49,731 nucleotides of DNA from Patescibacteria group bacterium (GTDB taxonomy: Bacteria; Patescibacteriota; Microgenomatia; Daviesbacterales; UBA10151): NCBI GenBank assembly GCA_018817205.1, contig JAHIUE010000080.1, forward strand, positions 1 to 49,731, given 5' to 3'. Below are positions 6,932 through 16,217 of this stretch, piece after piece (position 1 is the stretch's first letter; every line of letters begins with the position of its first letter). Under the pieces are notes generated by a model. That model ran no database searches. It saw nothing but the letters and a program-made list of their open reading frames with translations, and was not told where the DNA came from. The position numbers and the translations under genes are program-made.

Positions 6932-7500
6932 CTAAAAACTTTATCAGGGCTTAACCCTAATTCCTCTCTTATCTTTTTAATCCTACTGGCATATTCATTA
7001 TAAATGGCTTCCGGTTTATGAAGCTTATAAAAACCTTCGGCATTTTTGTATAAAGAACAATCAAATACATCAACATCTTTTACCAATTCTACATAAGGTT
7101 CTTTGGAATAAATTTCTTTCTCGCTGTGATGATAAACTGCATCGGTTATAATTTTTATCTCATCATCTGTAAACTCTCCTATTTCCAGTAAAATTTTTTC
7201 CGCTAGTTGAGCGCCTAATGGCCCGTGATTTTTGTAGGTACCGTTAACTATTGTATAGATATCATGTAGTACACAAATCACGCTGGCTATGTCAACGTCG
7301 AGATTTCTCTTTTCCGCCAATAATCTCCCAATTTGCATACAACCTGAAGCATGCATAAATTCCCAAACTATAGAATCTTCCCGCTTTGAATCATCTATTT
7401 TTGATTCTTGTATCAGATCAATAACCCTCCTCTCAACCTTTTCAAAACGGCTTAAATCCTGTCCTTTATAATGATGAAAATCTTTTAATTTATTATTCAT
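6928..7500 (-). CDS. HD-domain phosphohydrolase
   Basis: HD signature (VICVLHDIYT) and later HH (AVYHHSEKE). ORF track 6928-7584 was trimmed to ATG 7500 because 7506-7580 is a tRNA. There is a 4-nt overlap with the next gene. Confidence 0.75.
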   Translation of the reverse strand: MNNKLKDFHHYKGQDLSRFEKVERRVIDLIQESKIDDSKREDSIVWEFMHASGCMQIGRLLAEKRNLDVDIASVICVLHDIYTIVNGTYKNHGPLGAQLAEKILLEIGEFTDDEIKIITDAVYHHSEKEIYSKEPYVELVKDVDVFDCSLYKNAEGFYKLHKPEAIYNEYASRIKKIREELGLSPDKVFR

Positions 7501-7505
7501 AAGTT

Positions 7506-7580
7506 TGGTGGACACTGTAGGATTTGAACCTACGGCCCCCTCGATGTGAACGAGGTGCTCTACCGCTGAGCTAAGTGTCC
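7506..7580 (-). tRNA. tRNA-Val (anticodon CAC), CCA encoded
   Basis: The reverse complement folds as a cloverleaf: GGACACU-UA-GCUC-AGCGGUA-GAGC-A-CCUCG-UUCACAU-CGAGG-GGGCC-GUAGG-UUCAAAU-CCUAC-AGUGUCC-A-CCA. All four stems are Watson-Crick and the T-loop is UUCAAAU. Confidence 0.93.
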
Positions 7581-7609
7581 GCAACCAGTAAATTCTATCA
7601 CCCTACCCC

Positions 7610-7638
7610 TTGCTTCACAAGCTAAATCTTGGCATAAT
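7610..7638 (+). promoter_or_regulatory. sigma70-like promoter of lepB
   Basis: TTGCTT 7610-7615, 17-nt spacer, CATAAT 7633-7638, then 7 nt to ATG 7646 with no SD. Confidence 0.45.
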
Positions 7639-7645
7639 AACTTTT

Positions 7646-8245
7646 ATGGATCCGAATGACCCCAATACTCCATATTACTCAGACAGCGCCCCAAAAGGCT
7701 TTTTTAGCCGTCTGGGAGGACATTTAATTGAATTTATCCAATCGGCGGTAGTAGTCGGGGCAATATTTGCACTCCTCTATCTTTTTGTTGCCCAATTCCA
7801 TAAAGTTTCCGGCCTTTCCATGTTTCCCACTTATAACAATGCGGATTTCCTTATCACGGACAAGGTCAGCTACAGGATAAGAAACCCTGAAAGCGGGGAG
7901 GTCATTATCTTAAAAAACCCCAGGGACGAATCCCAGGATTTTATTAAAAGAATTATTGCAGTACCCGGAGACACCTTGGAAATTAGCAATAATAAGGTAA
8001 TGGTAAACGGCCAACAGCTTATTGAAACTTATTTGCCTTCAGGCACACTTACCCATGCGGGAGCTTTTTTAACCGAAGGTTCCCCTATCACAGCAGGGGA
8101 GAATCAATATTTTGTTTTTGGAGATAACAGAAACCATTCTTCCGATTCAAGGGAATGGGGGCCTATTACCAAAGAGGAAATAATCGGAAAGGCTTTTTTC
8201 CGCTACTGGCCGCCCAAAAACATTGGCCTGCTCATTTCAAATTAA
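7646..8245 (+). CDS. lepB: signal peptidase I
   Basis: Catalytic Ser box GLSMFPT, Lys box KRIIAVPGDTL, GDNRNHSSDSREWG box. Start moved from TTG 7610 to ATG 7646. Confidence 0.92.
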   Translation: MDPNDPNTPYYSDSAPKGFFSRLGGHLIEFIQSAVVVGAIFALLYLFVAQFHKVSGLSMFPTYNNADFLITDKVSYRIRNPESGEVIILKNPRDESQDFIKRIIAVPGDTLEISNNKVMVNGQQLIETYLPSGTLTHAGAFLTEGSPITAGENQYFVFGDNRNHSSDSREWGPITKEEIIGKAFFRYWPPKNIGLLISN

Positions 8246-9083
8246 AATATCCCACAATTGCCTGATGCAAATCTTCCAAAACCGGGGAGGTTTTGTCGGG
8301 TTCGCCTTCAACAATAAGTTCCAATTTGGCCCTTTTGCCGGTTTGTTCCACTTTAGCCTTTGATTTTTCGGAAACTTTTGACAAAACGGCCAGGATGTTA
8401 TTTTGAATCCTGTCAATGTCTTCTGAAACAATACGCATTGATTCCACAACTGCCGTTTTCCTGGGGCCAATGCCGCGGTCGCTTCTCATCCTGCGGACCA
8501 GCTCCTCTGCCCCCCTGACAGACAAGTTTCTTTTTAATACTTCCTTATAGCCTGTGATTATCAAATGCGGGTCTTCCAGTGCTGACAAGGCTCTGGCATG
8601 ACCTTCGGTTGTTGCGCCCGCCATCAAAGCATCTTTTATGGCGTCGGGCAGTATCAATAATCTGATGGTATTTGAAATATACGAGGCGCTTTTGGACACC
8701 CTTTCTGCAATTTCCTGATTAGCCAACCCAAACTCATCCATTAACCTTTTGTAAGCCTGCGCCCGCTCCAGGGGATTTAAGTCTATCCTTTGGACATTTT
8801 CCACAATTGCCATTTCCAGCATTCCCTGGGGAGAAGTTTCACGGATAATTACCGGCACTTTGGAAAGACCAACAACCTTGGCAGCCCGCCACCTTCTTTC
8901 GCCGGCAATAATCTGGTATCCTGCCGGGGTCTTGGCAATTACCAATGGCTCTAAAATCCCATGGGCACGTATAGAATCACCAAGTTCTGCCAAGGATTCG
9001 GGCGCAATAAGGCCTCTTGGCTGCAGCGGGTTTGGCTGTATAAGATCTATCTCAAGTTCGTAAATTTGTTCCTGCTGATCCAT
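8232..9083 (-). CDS. parB: ParB/Spo0J-family partition protein
   Basis: LIQPNPLQPRG and IAGERRWRAAK ParB boxes plus a central HTH. Confidence 0.9.
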   Translation of the reverse strand: MDQQEQIYELEIDLIQPNPLQPRGLIAPESLAELGDSIRAHGILEPLVIAKTPAGYQIIAGERRWRAAKVVGLSKVPVIIRETSPQGMLEMAIVENVQRIDLNPLERAQAYKRLMDEFGLANQEIAERVSKSASYISNTIRLLILPDAIKDALMAGATTEGHARALSALEDPHLIITGYKEVLKRNLSVRGAEELVRRMRSDRGIGPRKTAVVESMRIVSEDIDRIQNNILAVLSKVSEKSKAKVEQTGKRAKLELIVEGEPDKTSPVLEDLHQAIVGYFNLK

Positions 9084-9085
9084 AT

Positions 9086-9331
9086 TTAGACTATGTTAAT
9101 AATTTTTTTACCAAATTTTGTTTTGAAATTGACTTTGCCTTCGGTGATAGCAAATATGGTATAGTCATTGCCCTGCTTGGTACCGTCTCCGGAATAGAAT
9201 TTGTTTCCTTTTTGGCGGACAATAATATTTCCCGCCTTTACCTTTTGCCCACCATATACCTTAACACCCAATCTCTTGGATACGGAATCCCTGTTTTTTT
9301 TAGTTGAGCCGCCGCCTGTTTTATGTGCCAT
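9086..9331 (-). CDS. rpmA: 50S ribosomal protein L27
   Basis: [24 protein letters not shown]... is the canonical L27 N-terminus. Confidence 0.95.
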   Translation of the reverse strand: MAHKTGGGSTKKNRDSVSKRLGVKVYGGQKVKAGNIIVRQKGNKFYSGDGTKQGNDYTIFAITEGKVNFKTKFGKKIINIV

Positions 9332-9369
9332 TCTTGAAAGTATACTACTGTGAAAATTTAAGTCAAGAC

Positions 9370-9672
9370 TTAACTTTTCACAGAATAAACTACTTTGGTA
9401 AGTTTAGAACGGTAACCGATAGTTTTGCGGAAATTTGCCTTGGCATGAAATTTAGAAACCCTGATTTTGGGACCTTTGATATCCTCAACGCGTTTCAAAA
9501 TCAACTTGTCCTTTAAATAAGGATTGCCGATTTTTATTTTTCCGTCTTCGGATAGCAACAAGATGCTTGCTGTTATATCTTTATCGCCTTCTTGTCTTGC
9601 AACTTCAAAAGAAGTATTTGGGACGACTTTATATTGCTTGCCTGAAATTTCACAAATTGCATAAGTTAGCAT
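9370..9672 (-). CDS. rplU: 50S ribosomal protein L21
   Basis: [13 protein letters not shown] is the L21 N-terminus; sits immediately upstream of rpmA. Confidence 0.93.
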   Translation of the reverse strand: MLTYAICEISGKQYKVVPNTSFEVARQEGDKDITASILLLSEDGKIKIGNPYLKDKLILKRVEDIKGPKIRVSKFHAKANFRKTIGYRSKLTKVVYSVKS

Positions 9673-9681
9673 TGCTGCATT

Positions 9682-10728
9682 TTACCTTTTTTTGCCAGCG
9701 GATGCAACCATCCCCAAACACAAAAGCGTTGCTACCAATGAGCTGCCGCCATATGAAATTAGAGGCAAAGTAATGCCTGTTATCGGCATCAGCCCAATAT
9801 TCATTCCCATATTGACAAAAACCTGAAAAAGCAACATCGACACCACTCCAAGTACAATCAAACACAGAAAATGGCTTCTTGATCTAAGGGCAATTCTTAT
9901 AGAGTAAAGTAACAGGAAAAGATACGCCGACAATATCAACACCGATCCGACAAATCCCATCTCCTCCGCGATTGAGGCAAAGATGAAATCCGTTCTAAAT
10001 TCCGGTAAAAATTGTAAACGGGACTGCGTCCCTCTTCCCAAACCCCTGCCCAAAAGTTGTCCCGACCCCACCGCCACTGTCGATTGTATTAAATTATAGC
10101 CTCTACCCAGGGGATCGGACTCAGGGGAAAGAAAACCCAATACTCTTTGTCTTTGATAATCGTGTAAAAATATCCAGCTGGAAGGGATGGAAATAATAAT
10201 TATTAAGACAAGTATTATAATCTTCCGGATAGGAATGCGGGTTGCAAACAAGACACCTAACCAAATTGCGATAATAGTAAGAGAGGAACCAAGGTCGGGC
10301 TGGATAAAAATCAGCAGGAAATAGACTGATGTCCAAAGGATGCTCTTTATTATATTTCTCCACGTAGGTAAATTTTCCGACCAAAATTTAGCTAAAAATA
10401 ATATTAAAACCGGCTTGGCAAATTCCGAAGGCTGGATATTAAATACGCCAAAAGGAATCCAACGCAAAGCCCCCCTGGTCTCAATACCCAAGATAAATAC
10501 AGCCACAAGCAGCACAATCATTAAAATATATAAAGGGTTAATCAAATTCTTAAGCGCTTCCAGATCCAACCGTAAGATTAAAAAAGCTAATATCATTCCG
10601 GCTGCGGCAAAAATAAATTGCTGCATAGCCAGCTCTTTTGAGGAAGAATAAATTACCAATATTCCGATCGACATCAAAAGAAGCGTACTTAAAAATATCG
10701 GAAAATTTATAAGATTGACAAATTTCAT
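9682..10728 (-). CDS. rodA: SEDS-family peptidoglycan polymerase (RodA-like)
   Basis: 348-aa polytopic membrane protein with FtsW/RodA/SpoVE motifs (FQPSEFAK-like NIQPSEFAKP; PLISYGGSS). Called rodA because a second SEDS gene sits in the dcw cluster. Confidence 0.75.
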   Translation of the reverse strand: MKFVNLINFPIFLSTLLLMSIGILVIYSSSKELAMQQFIFAAAGMILAFLILRLDLEALKNLINPLYILMIVLLVAVFILGIETRGALRWIPFGVFNIQPSEFAKPVLILFLAKFWSENLPTWRNIIKSILWTSVYFLLIFIQPDLGSSLTIIAIWLGVLFATRIPIRKIIILVLIIIISIPSSWIFLHDYQRQRVLGFLSPESDPLGRGYNLIQSTVAVGSGQLLGRGLGRGTQSRLQFLPEFRTDFIFASIAEEMGFVGSVLILSAYLFLLLYSIRIALRSRSHFLCLIVLGVVSMLLFQVFVNMGMNIGLMPITGITLPLISYGGSSLVATLLCLGMVASAGKKR

Positions 10729-13626
10729 TTAGGAAACTTTTAATACTTTAAATTCCGGGCCTTTTTCCAAAGAAACGGAGGCGGTATTTTGCAAAATGAC
10801 TTTCTCATATGCTTTGGGCCAGGAGGGCGCAATAATTTTAGTTTTATCTTTCAAAGTCAGTCCCATTGCTTTACGTTCTTGCTGTATCTGCCTTATTAAA
10901 TCTCTAACTTCGCCTTCCTCTTTCAAACTTTGGGTAATTTTTGTATCCAAGATCACTTCCGGTTCGGCTTTTGAGGATTTTTGGTGTTCAATCTTTTTAA
11001 CATTTGTCTCATCCGCCAAAATTTGTTCAAGTTCTTGGTCTAACTTTTGGTCAAGTTTGTAAACCAAACTGCCCAAAGGCTGTCGGAGCCGAATACCGGC
11101 TTCTTTCCTTTTGGCATGGGCAATTTCTGCAATTTTTCTAATCTGCATCATATCTTTAATTAATTTTTCATCGGGTTTTGTCTCGGAAACTGTCGGATAA
11201 TCCTCCAAATGCACTGATTGTTTACCGGTCAAATTCCGATATATTTCTTCCGATATAAACGGCATAAAAGGCGCCAAAAGTTTGACCAGAGTTACCAACA
11301 CCTCATGCATCACTGACAAGGTTGTACTTCGTTCTCTCTCTCCGGCTCCAGGCCCAACTTTGTCTCTTGACCTTCTGATGTACCAAGTGGAAAAATCACC
11401 TACAATAAACTCCTCCAGGGCTTTTACCGAATCTGCTCCATCGTATTCGGCCAACCCTTTATTAACCCGTAAAATTACTTCCATAAGTCTTGCAAGAATC
11501 CATTTATCCAAAATAGACAGTTCCACTTTTTTCGATTCGGTGTTCCAACTGGTCAACAGCGCATAATCAACAAAGAATTTATAACTATTCCACAAAATTA
11601 AATAAAACCTACGTCTTACTTCATCCGTAGCTTTGTAACCGAAATTTAAATTATATTCGGGATTTTGCCCAATATATAACCATCTCATTACATCAACTCC
11701 GATTTTCTCTGCCGCTTCATTAAAATCTATGGCATTACCTTTAGATTTATGCATCTCTTCACCTTTTTCATCTCTTACAGAAGCAAATCCCAGCACTGTT
11801 TTGAAAGAATTTGTTTTCTTTAGGGCGGTACTCATAGCAATTAAAGAATAAAACCAATTCTTAAACTGCCCGGGGAAACTCTCGGTAATAAAATCCGCCG
11901 GAAACCAATCCTCCGGCATAGTAGAAAAAGATACAATTCCTGCATCAAGCCAAGGGCTTCCAACGTCAGAAATCCTTGATGCTACCTCCCCGCATTTTGT
12001 ACATTTAACTTTAATTTGATCAACCCAAGGCCTATGTGGAGACTTTCCTGCAAATTTGTCCCAACCATCCACCGCCTTTTTTTCAAGCTCTTCTTTGTTT
12101 CCTATAACTTCAAAAGTCTTACATTTCTCACATTCCCAAACAGGTAAAGCCAAACCCCAATACCTTTTTTTGGAAATCAGCCAGTCGTGCATGTTTTTAA
12201 GCCAATCCAGTTCCCTATCAAGTCCCCATTCAGGAATCCAGTTTATTTTCTTGGCAACTTCTATCATCTGCTCGCGAAAAGTTTTACCAGATTCATCGTC
12301 CCTATCCATTGCTATATACCACTCATCTACAACTCTCCAAACGAGTTCTGTTTTACAACGCCAGCAAGTCGGATATCTATGCGTATATTTCTCTGTTCTG
12401 AAAATAAAGCCTTTATCTTCAAGCTTTTTGATAATTAAATCGGAACTCTCATTTGCATTTTTGCCAGTCAAATCTTCAAAACCTTCGAGATACAACGCTT
12501 CTTCATCTATTGATTCGATTACGGGAAGGTTTTCTTTTTTTGCAAGCTGAAAGTCTTCAGCACCTGCACCAGGTGCTATATGTATTAAGCCAGTACCCTC
12601 GTTAGGATTTACAGGTAAAATTTGATTGTCTGTTGGAATAACCCGATGGGGTAAATTTCCCATTTCTTTTTTAACAGCTGGAAAATCATCAAACGCTCCT
12701 TTATATACCAAACCAATCAGCTCATCTCCTCTCATCTCCCCCACTTTTTTAAATCCTTTTTGATTGTTAACTTTGAACGGCAATCCAGCGTCTTCCCTTT
12801 CACCAGGATTAATTATGATGTATTGCTCTTTAGTATCAAGATCTTCCTCTATGAAATATCTTTTTTCGGGATCCACAGCGATAGCTACGTTCGAAGGTAA
12901 AGTCCATGGTGTTGTTGTCCAGATTAGCAAATACTGATTTTTACGTCTAATATCATCTATTGGAAATCTTACAAATACAGCTTCATGGATTAGCTCTTTA
13001 TATTCTTCAGTCAAAATTTCATGCTGGGAAATGGCTGTACCGCAGCGGGGACACCAGGGAACACTATCACGACCTTTGTACAACCACCCTCTGTCATTTA
13101 CAACTTTAATGAAATTCCAAATGGCATAGTTATTTTCGTCCGAAGAAGTGTGATAAGAATCATCCCAATCCATGAAATACCCTAACCTTTTCGATTGCTC
13201 GGTTTGTACTTTAGAATATTTTTTTACCCTGTCCTTACAAAGGTTAATAAACTTTTCTAAACTTTTAAATTTATCACTTGGAACTAACTCTTCGATCTCC
13301 TTTTTATTCTTTATACCCAAGTCTTTCTCAACCTCTACCTCTACCCAAAGCCCTTGTTCATCAAAACCGTTTTGAAACCTTTGCCTAAACCCTTTCATAT
13401 TGAAAAATCTTTGCCACAGGTCTTTATAGGTTCTTCCCCAAGCGTGGTGGACACCCATAGGGTTATTGGCAGTAATCGGACCATCCAAAAAAGAAAATTT
13501 CTTGCCTGATTTCTCGTTTCTTTTTAAGTACTTTTCAACAATTTTGTTGCTAATCCAATAATCGAGTATTTCCTGCTCCATGGCAGGAAAATCACATGAA
13601 GATAATACAGGTTTAAATTTAGCCAT
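10729..13626 (-). CDS. ileS: isoleucyl-tRNA synthetase (type 2 / eukaryote-like form)
   Basis: Class Ia aaRS: GPITANNPMGVHHAWGRTYKD (HIGH region), TTTPWTLPSN (IleRS editing-domain hallmark), WCPRCGTAISQHE, KSKGN (KMSKS region). 965 aa. Confidence 0.8.
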   Translation of the reverse strand: MAKFKPVLSSCDFPAMEQEILDYWISNKIVEKYLKRNEKSGKKFSFLDGPITANNPMGVHHAWGRTYKDLWQRFFNMKGFRQRFQNGFDEQGLWVEVEVEKDLGIKNKKEIEELVPSDKFKSLEKFINLCKDRVKKYSKVQTEQSKRLGYFMDWDDSYHTSSDENNYAIWNFIKVVNDRGWLYKGRDSVPWCPRCGTAISQHEILTEEYKELIHEAVFVRFPIDDIRRKNQYLLIWTTTPWTLPSNVAIAVDPEKRYFIEEDLDTKEQYIIINPGEREDAGLPFKVNNQKGFKKVGEMRGDELIGLVYKGAFDDFPAVKKEMGNLPHRVIPTDNQILPVNPNEGTGLIHIAPGAGAEDFQLAKKENLPVIESIDEEALYLEGFEDLTGKNANESSDLIIKKLEDKGFIFRTEKYTHRYPTCWRCKTELVWRVVDEWYIAMDRDDESGKTFREQMIEVAKKINWIPEWGLDRELDWLKNMHDWLISKKRYWGLALPVWECEKCKTFEVIGNKEELEKKAVDGWDKFAGKSPHRPWVDQIKVKCTKCGEVASRISDVGSPWLDAGIVSFSTMPEDWFPADFITESFPGQFKNWFYSLIAMSTALKKTNSFKTVLGFASVRDEKGEEMHKSKGNAIDFNEAAEKIGVDVMRWLYIGQNPEYNLNFGYKATDEVRRRFYLILWNSYKFFVDYALLTSWNTESKKVELSILDKWILARLMEVILRVNKGLAEYDGADSVKALEEFIVGDFSTWYIRRSRDKVGPGAGERERSTTLSVMHEVLVTLVKLLAPFMPFISEEIYRNLTGKQSVHLEDYPTVSETKPDEKLIKDMMQIRKIAEIAHAKRKEAGIRLRQPLGSLVYKLDQKLDQELEQILADETNVKKIEHQKSSKAEPEVILDTKITQSLKEEGEVRDLIRQIQQERKAMGLTLKDKTKIIAPSWPKAYEKVILQNTASVSLEKGPEFKVLKVS

Positions 13627-13661
13627 AATGGAGATATTTTAGCAGAATATGTAACTTTACT

Positions 13662-14822
13662 CTAGCGGTTGGAACGAAGGAATGCGGGGATTTCCAAATC
13701 TTCATCATCTTCCTCCAGGCGTTTTTCTTCCCCATCCGCTTCCAGCTCTTTCGCTTCCTTTTGCGTTTGGGTCTCATCGGTTGGAGGAATATTGGAAAAA
13801 GAAGCCGGCTGCGCACCTAAAGAGGCTGATCCTATACCTGTTCCTATATACTCCCGCAGTCTTCTTCTTGTTTCATCAAAACCTGTAGCAATAACAGATA
13901 TTCTTATCTGGTCTAACTGATCTTCTTTAATAGTTGCACCAAAAATGATATTGGCATCCGGGTCGGCCGCTTGGGCAATAATTTGAGCCGCTTCATTCAC
14001 CTCTGTCATGGAAAGATCCGTACCTCCAACTATGTTAAATAGCACTCCTTTTGCCCCCTCAATTGAAACTTCCAGGAGCGGAGAAGCAATAGCCATTCTG
14101 GCCGCTGCAGCAGCCCTGTTGTCTCCACCCGCCACTCCTATTCCCATGAGCGCTGAACCAGCATTAGACATAATGGTTTTAACATCGGCAAAATCTACAT
14201 TAATAAGCCCCGGCATGGTAATTAAGTCGGAAATACCCTGCACCCCCTGGCTCAATACCGAATCTGCCAGCCTAAAAGCTTCTTGTAGTGTCATATTTTT
14301 CTCAACTGTTTCGAGTAACCTCTGGTTGGGAATAACAATCAAAGCATCAACCTTATCTTTCAGTTTCTCAATACCTTCCTCTGCCACCACCATTCTCCTT
14401 GTCCCTTCAAACGCAAAAGGCTTAGTCGTCACTGCCACCGTCAAAGCGCCGATTGTTTTAGCAACTGAAGCGATAATAGGTATGGCACCTGTACCTGTCC
14501 CTCCTCCCATTCCAGCTGTCAAAAATACCATGTCCGCATCCGAAAGAACATCTTGAATCTTCTGCGAAGATTCCTCTGCAGCCTGTTTGCCAATCTCAGG
14601 ATCTCCGCCACTGCCCAACCCCTTGGTTAGAGTTTCGCCAATTTGAACTTTGGTAGGAGATTGATTATTCATCAAAGCTTGAGCATCGGTATTAACAGCC
14701 ACAAATTCTACTCCTTGTATTTGTTGCAAGGAAATCATGGAGTTTAAAGAATTGGAACCACCACCTCCAAGACCCATTACTTTTATCTTGGCAAAACGTT
14801 GCACGTCGGGTTTAATAAGCAT
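13662..14822 (-). CDS. ftsZ: cell division GTPase FtsZ
   Basis: GLGGGGSN and GGGTGTGA tubulin signature; C-terminal DLEIPAFLR peptide. Confidence 0.97.
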   Translation of the reverse strand: MLIKPDVQRFAKIKVMGLGGGGSNSLNSMISLQQIQGVEFVAVNTDAQALMNNQSPTKVQIGETLTKGLGSGGDPEIGKQAAEESSQKIQDVLSDADMVFLTAGMGGGTGTGAIPIIASVAKTIGALTVAVTTKPFAFEGTRRMVVAEEGIEKLKDKVDALIVIPNQRLLETVEKNMTLQEAFRLADSVLSQGVQGISDLITMPGLINVDFADVKTIMSNAGSALMGIGVAGGDNRAAAAARMAIASPLLEVSIEGAKGVLFNIVGGTDLSMTEVNEAAQIIAQAADPDANIIFGATIKEDQLDQIRISVIATGFDETRRRLREYIGTGIGSASLGAQPASFSNIPPTDETQTQKEAKELEADGEEKRLEEDDEDLEIPAFLRSNR

Positions 14823-14884
14823 AAGTTTATAGTTCAGGCAGAATATAACAAAAAGCTAACAAAAATATCAAGTACCAATAACAG

Positions 14885-16177
14885 TTAGGGCAGAAATGAC
14901 TTTACCAGATCTATCCCCTTTTGTATCATACCCTTAATGGGTAAATTTCCGGAAAGCACAGGTATATGCAGTCCCCCGGTGTCCTGTGTTACGCCGTAAA
15001 GAATTAAACCGGCAGCAGATGCAAATGAAGGGGAGTCTATCTCATCAACAAGTCCCGATAAACCTTCAATTTGACCGACTCTGGCCGGAAAACCTAGGAC
15101 ATATTTTGCTTGCTCTAAAACTCCTACCGTTTGCGCGCCTCCTCCGCAAATTACTAATCCCGACGGCACCTGTGTACCAAAACTGCTTTTTTTAAGCTCC
15201 TTGCCGACATATTTAAATATCTCCTGCAACCTCGGTTTAATAATTCCGTCTACCACCGCTTTGCGGGAAATTTTCTGAACCTCTTCTGCCAAACCCAAAG
15301 CTTTTATGTCTATCGCTTCCTCCTCTTTCTTTTTTCCATTCTTACTACTTTCCTCATCCAGTACCGGAAGCTTTGGTGATTTACCCAATGATAATTTGAT
15401 TTTTTCTGCCGATTCCAAGGATACCCTAAGTCCTACAGCCATATCAGAAGTGATGTGTCTTGCTCCAATCGGAATTACGGATGAATAAGCTACAGATCCG
15501 TCAATAAAAATTACCACATCGGTCGTTTCTCCGCCGATATCGACAAGCACTGCTCCCAATTCTTTCTCTGTATCTGATAGTATTGCCAGTGATGAGACAA
15601 TACCGGAGAAAACTAGCTCCGCAACATCAATACCTACCTCTTGTACACATTTAACAAGATTCCTCATCGAAGTAGCCGAACCGGTGATAATATGAGTCTC
15701 TGTTTCCAGCCTTACCCCGGTCATGCCAATTGGGTCTTTAATGCCTTCTTGCCCATCAACAGTAAAAGTTCGTGGAATAACGTGAAGAATTTCTCTTGAA
15801 GATGGAAGTGGGATGGCGCGCGCAGCATCATTAACTCTTTGAACATCGGAATTTTTGATCTCTTCTTCAGGCGCCGATACTGCCACTACCGCATGCTGAT
15901 TGACGCTTTCTATTTGGGGACCGCCGACAGTTACAAAGGCTTGCTGAATTGAGTATCCGGCCATCCTTTCCGCTGCTTCAACAGACTCGGTGATTGCCCC
16001 AATTGCTTCATCAATATCTACTACCTGATTTTTTTTCACCCCGCGTGACGGGGTTGCAGAAACACCAATTAAGTTTATCTTTCCTCCACCCGAAGCTTGT
16101 GAGTCAACTGACGCAATAAGCGTGGCTATTTTTGACGAGCCAACATCTATTCCGCAAATTATTCTATCTTTTGCCAC
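14885..16177 (-). CDS. ftsA: cell division protein FtsA
   Basis: Actin-fold motifs (GIDVGSSKI, VDIGGETTD); positioned between ftsQ and ftsZ. Confidence 0.93.
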   Translation of the reverse strand: MAKDRIICGIDVGSSKIATLIASVDSQASGGGKINLIGVSATPSRGVKKNQVVDIDEAIGAITESVEAAERMAGYSIQQAFVTVGGPQIESVNQHAVVAVSAPEEEIKNSDVQRVNDAARAIPLPSSREILHVIPRTFTVDGQEGIKDPIGMTGVRLETETHIITGSATSMRNLVKCVQEVGIDVAELVFSGIVSSLAILSDTEKELGAVLVDIGGETTDVVIFIDGSVAYSSVIPIGARHITSDMAVGLRVSLESAEKIKLSLGKSPKLPVLDEESSKNGKKKEEEAIDIKALGLAEEVQKISRKAVVDGIIKPRLQEIFKYVGKELKKSSFGTQVPSGLVICGGGAQTVGVLEQAKYVLGFPARVGQIEGLSGLVDEIDSPSFASAAGLILYGVTQDTGGLHIPVLSGNLPIKGMIQKGIDLVKSFLP

Positions 16178-16217
16178 TGTTATATCCTTCTATAAGTTTT
16201 CATAAAAGAGAACTTGT

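Noticed and set aside
7501-7584. N-terminal 28 codons of ORF 6928-7584 (MRTLSSAVEHLVHIEGAVGSNPTVSTKL)
   Set aside because: This stretch is the reverse-strand translation of tRNA-Val (7506-7580). The real HD-domain gene starts at ATG 7500.
8836-8843. GTTTCACG inside parB, considered as a parS site (consensus TGTTTCACGTGAAACA)
   Set aside because: Only one half-site matches. The second arm (GATAATTA) does not, so there is no palindrome.
12056-12550. Long antisense ORFs inside confidently assigned genes. Examples: 12056-12550 in ileS, 14008-14556 in ftsZ, 18425-18883 in ftsW, 23246-23701 in murE, 29957-30313 in glyQS, 34388-34747 in a GT4 gene, 40149-40529 in the acetyltransferase, 43736-44083 opposite the RlmN-like gene
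   Set aside because: Each overlaps a gene with strong family motifs on the other strand. They have low-complexity or Ser/Pro/Leu-rich composition typical of antisense frames, and no start context.
13619-13920. ORFs 13619-13816, 13669-13920 and 13682-13888 around the ftsZ 3' end
   Set aside because: They overlap the acidic C-terminal linker of FtsZ, which ends with the conserved DLEIPAFLR peptide. They are repetitive Lys/Ser-rich artefacts of that region.
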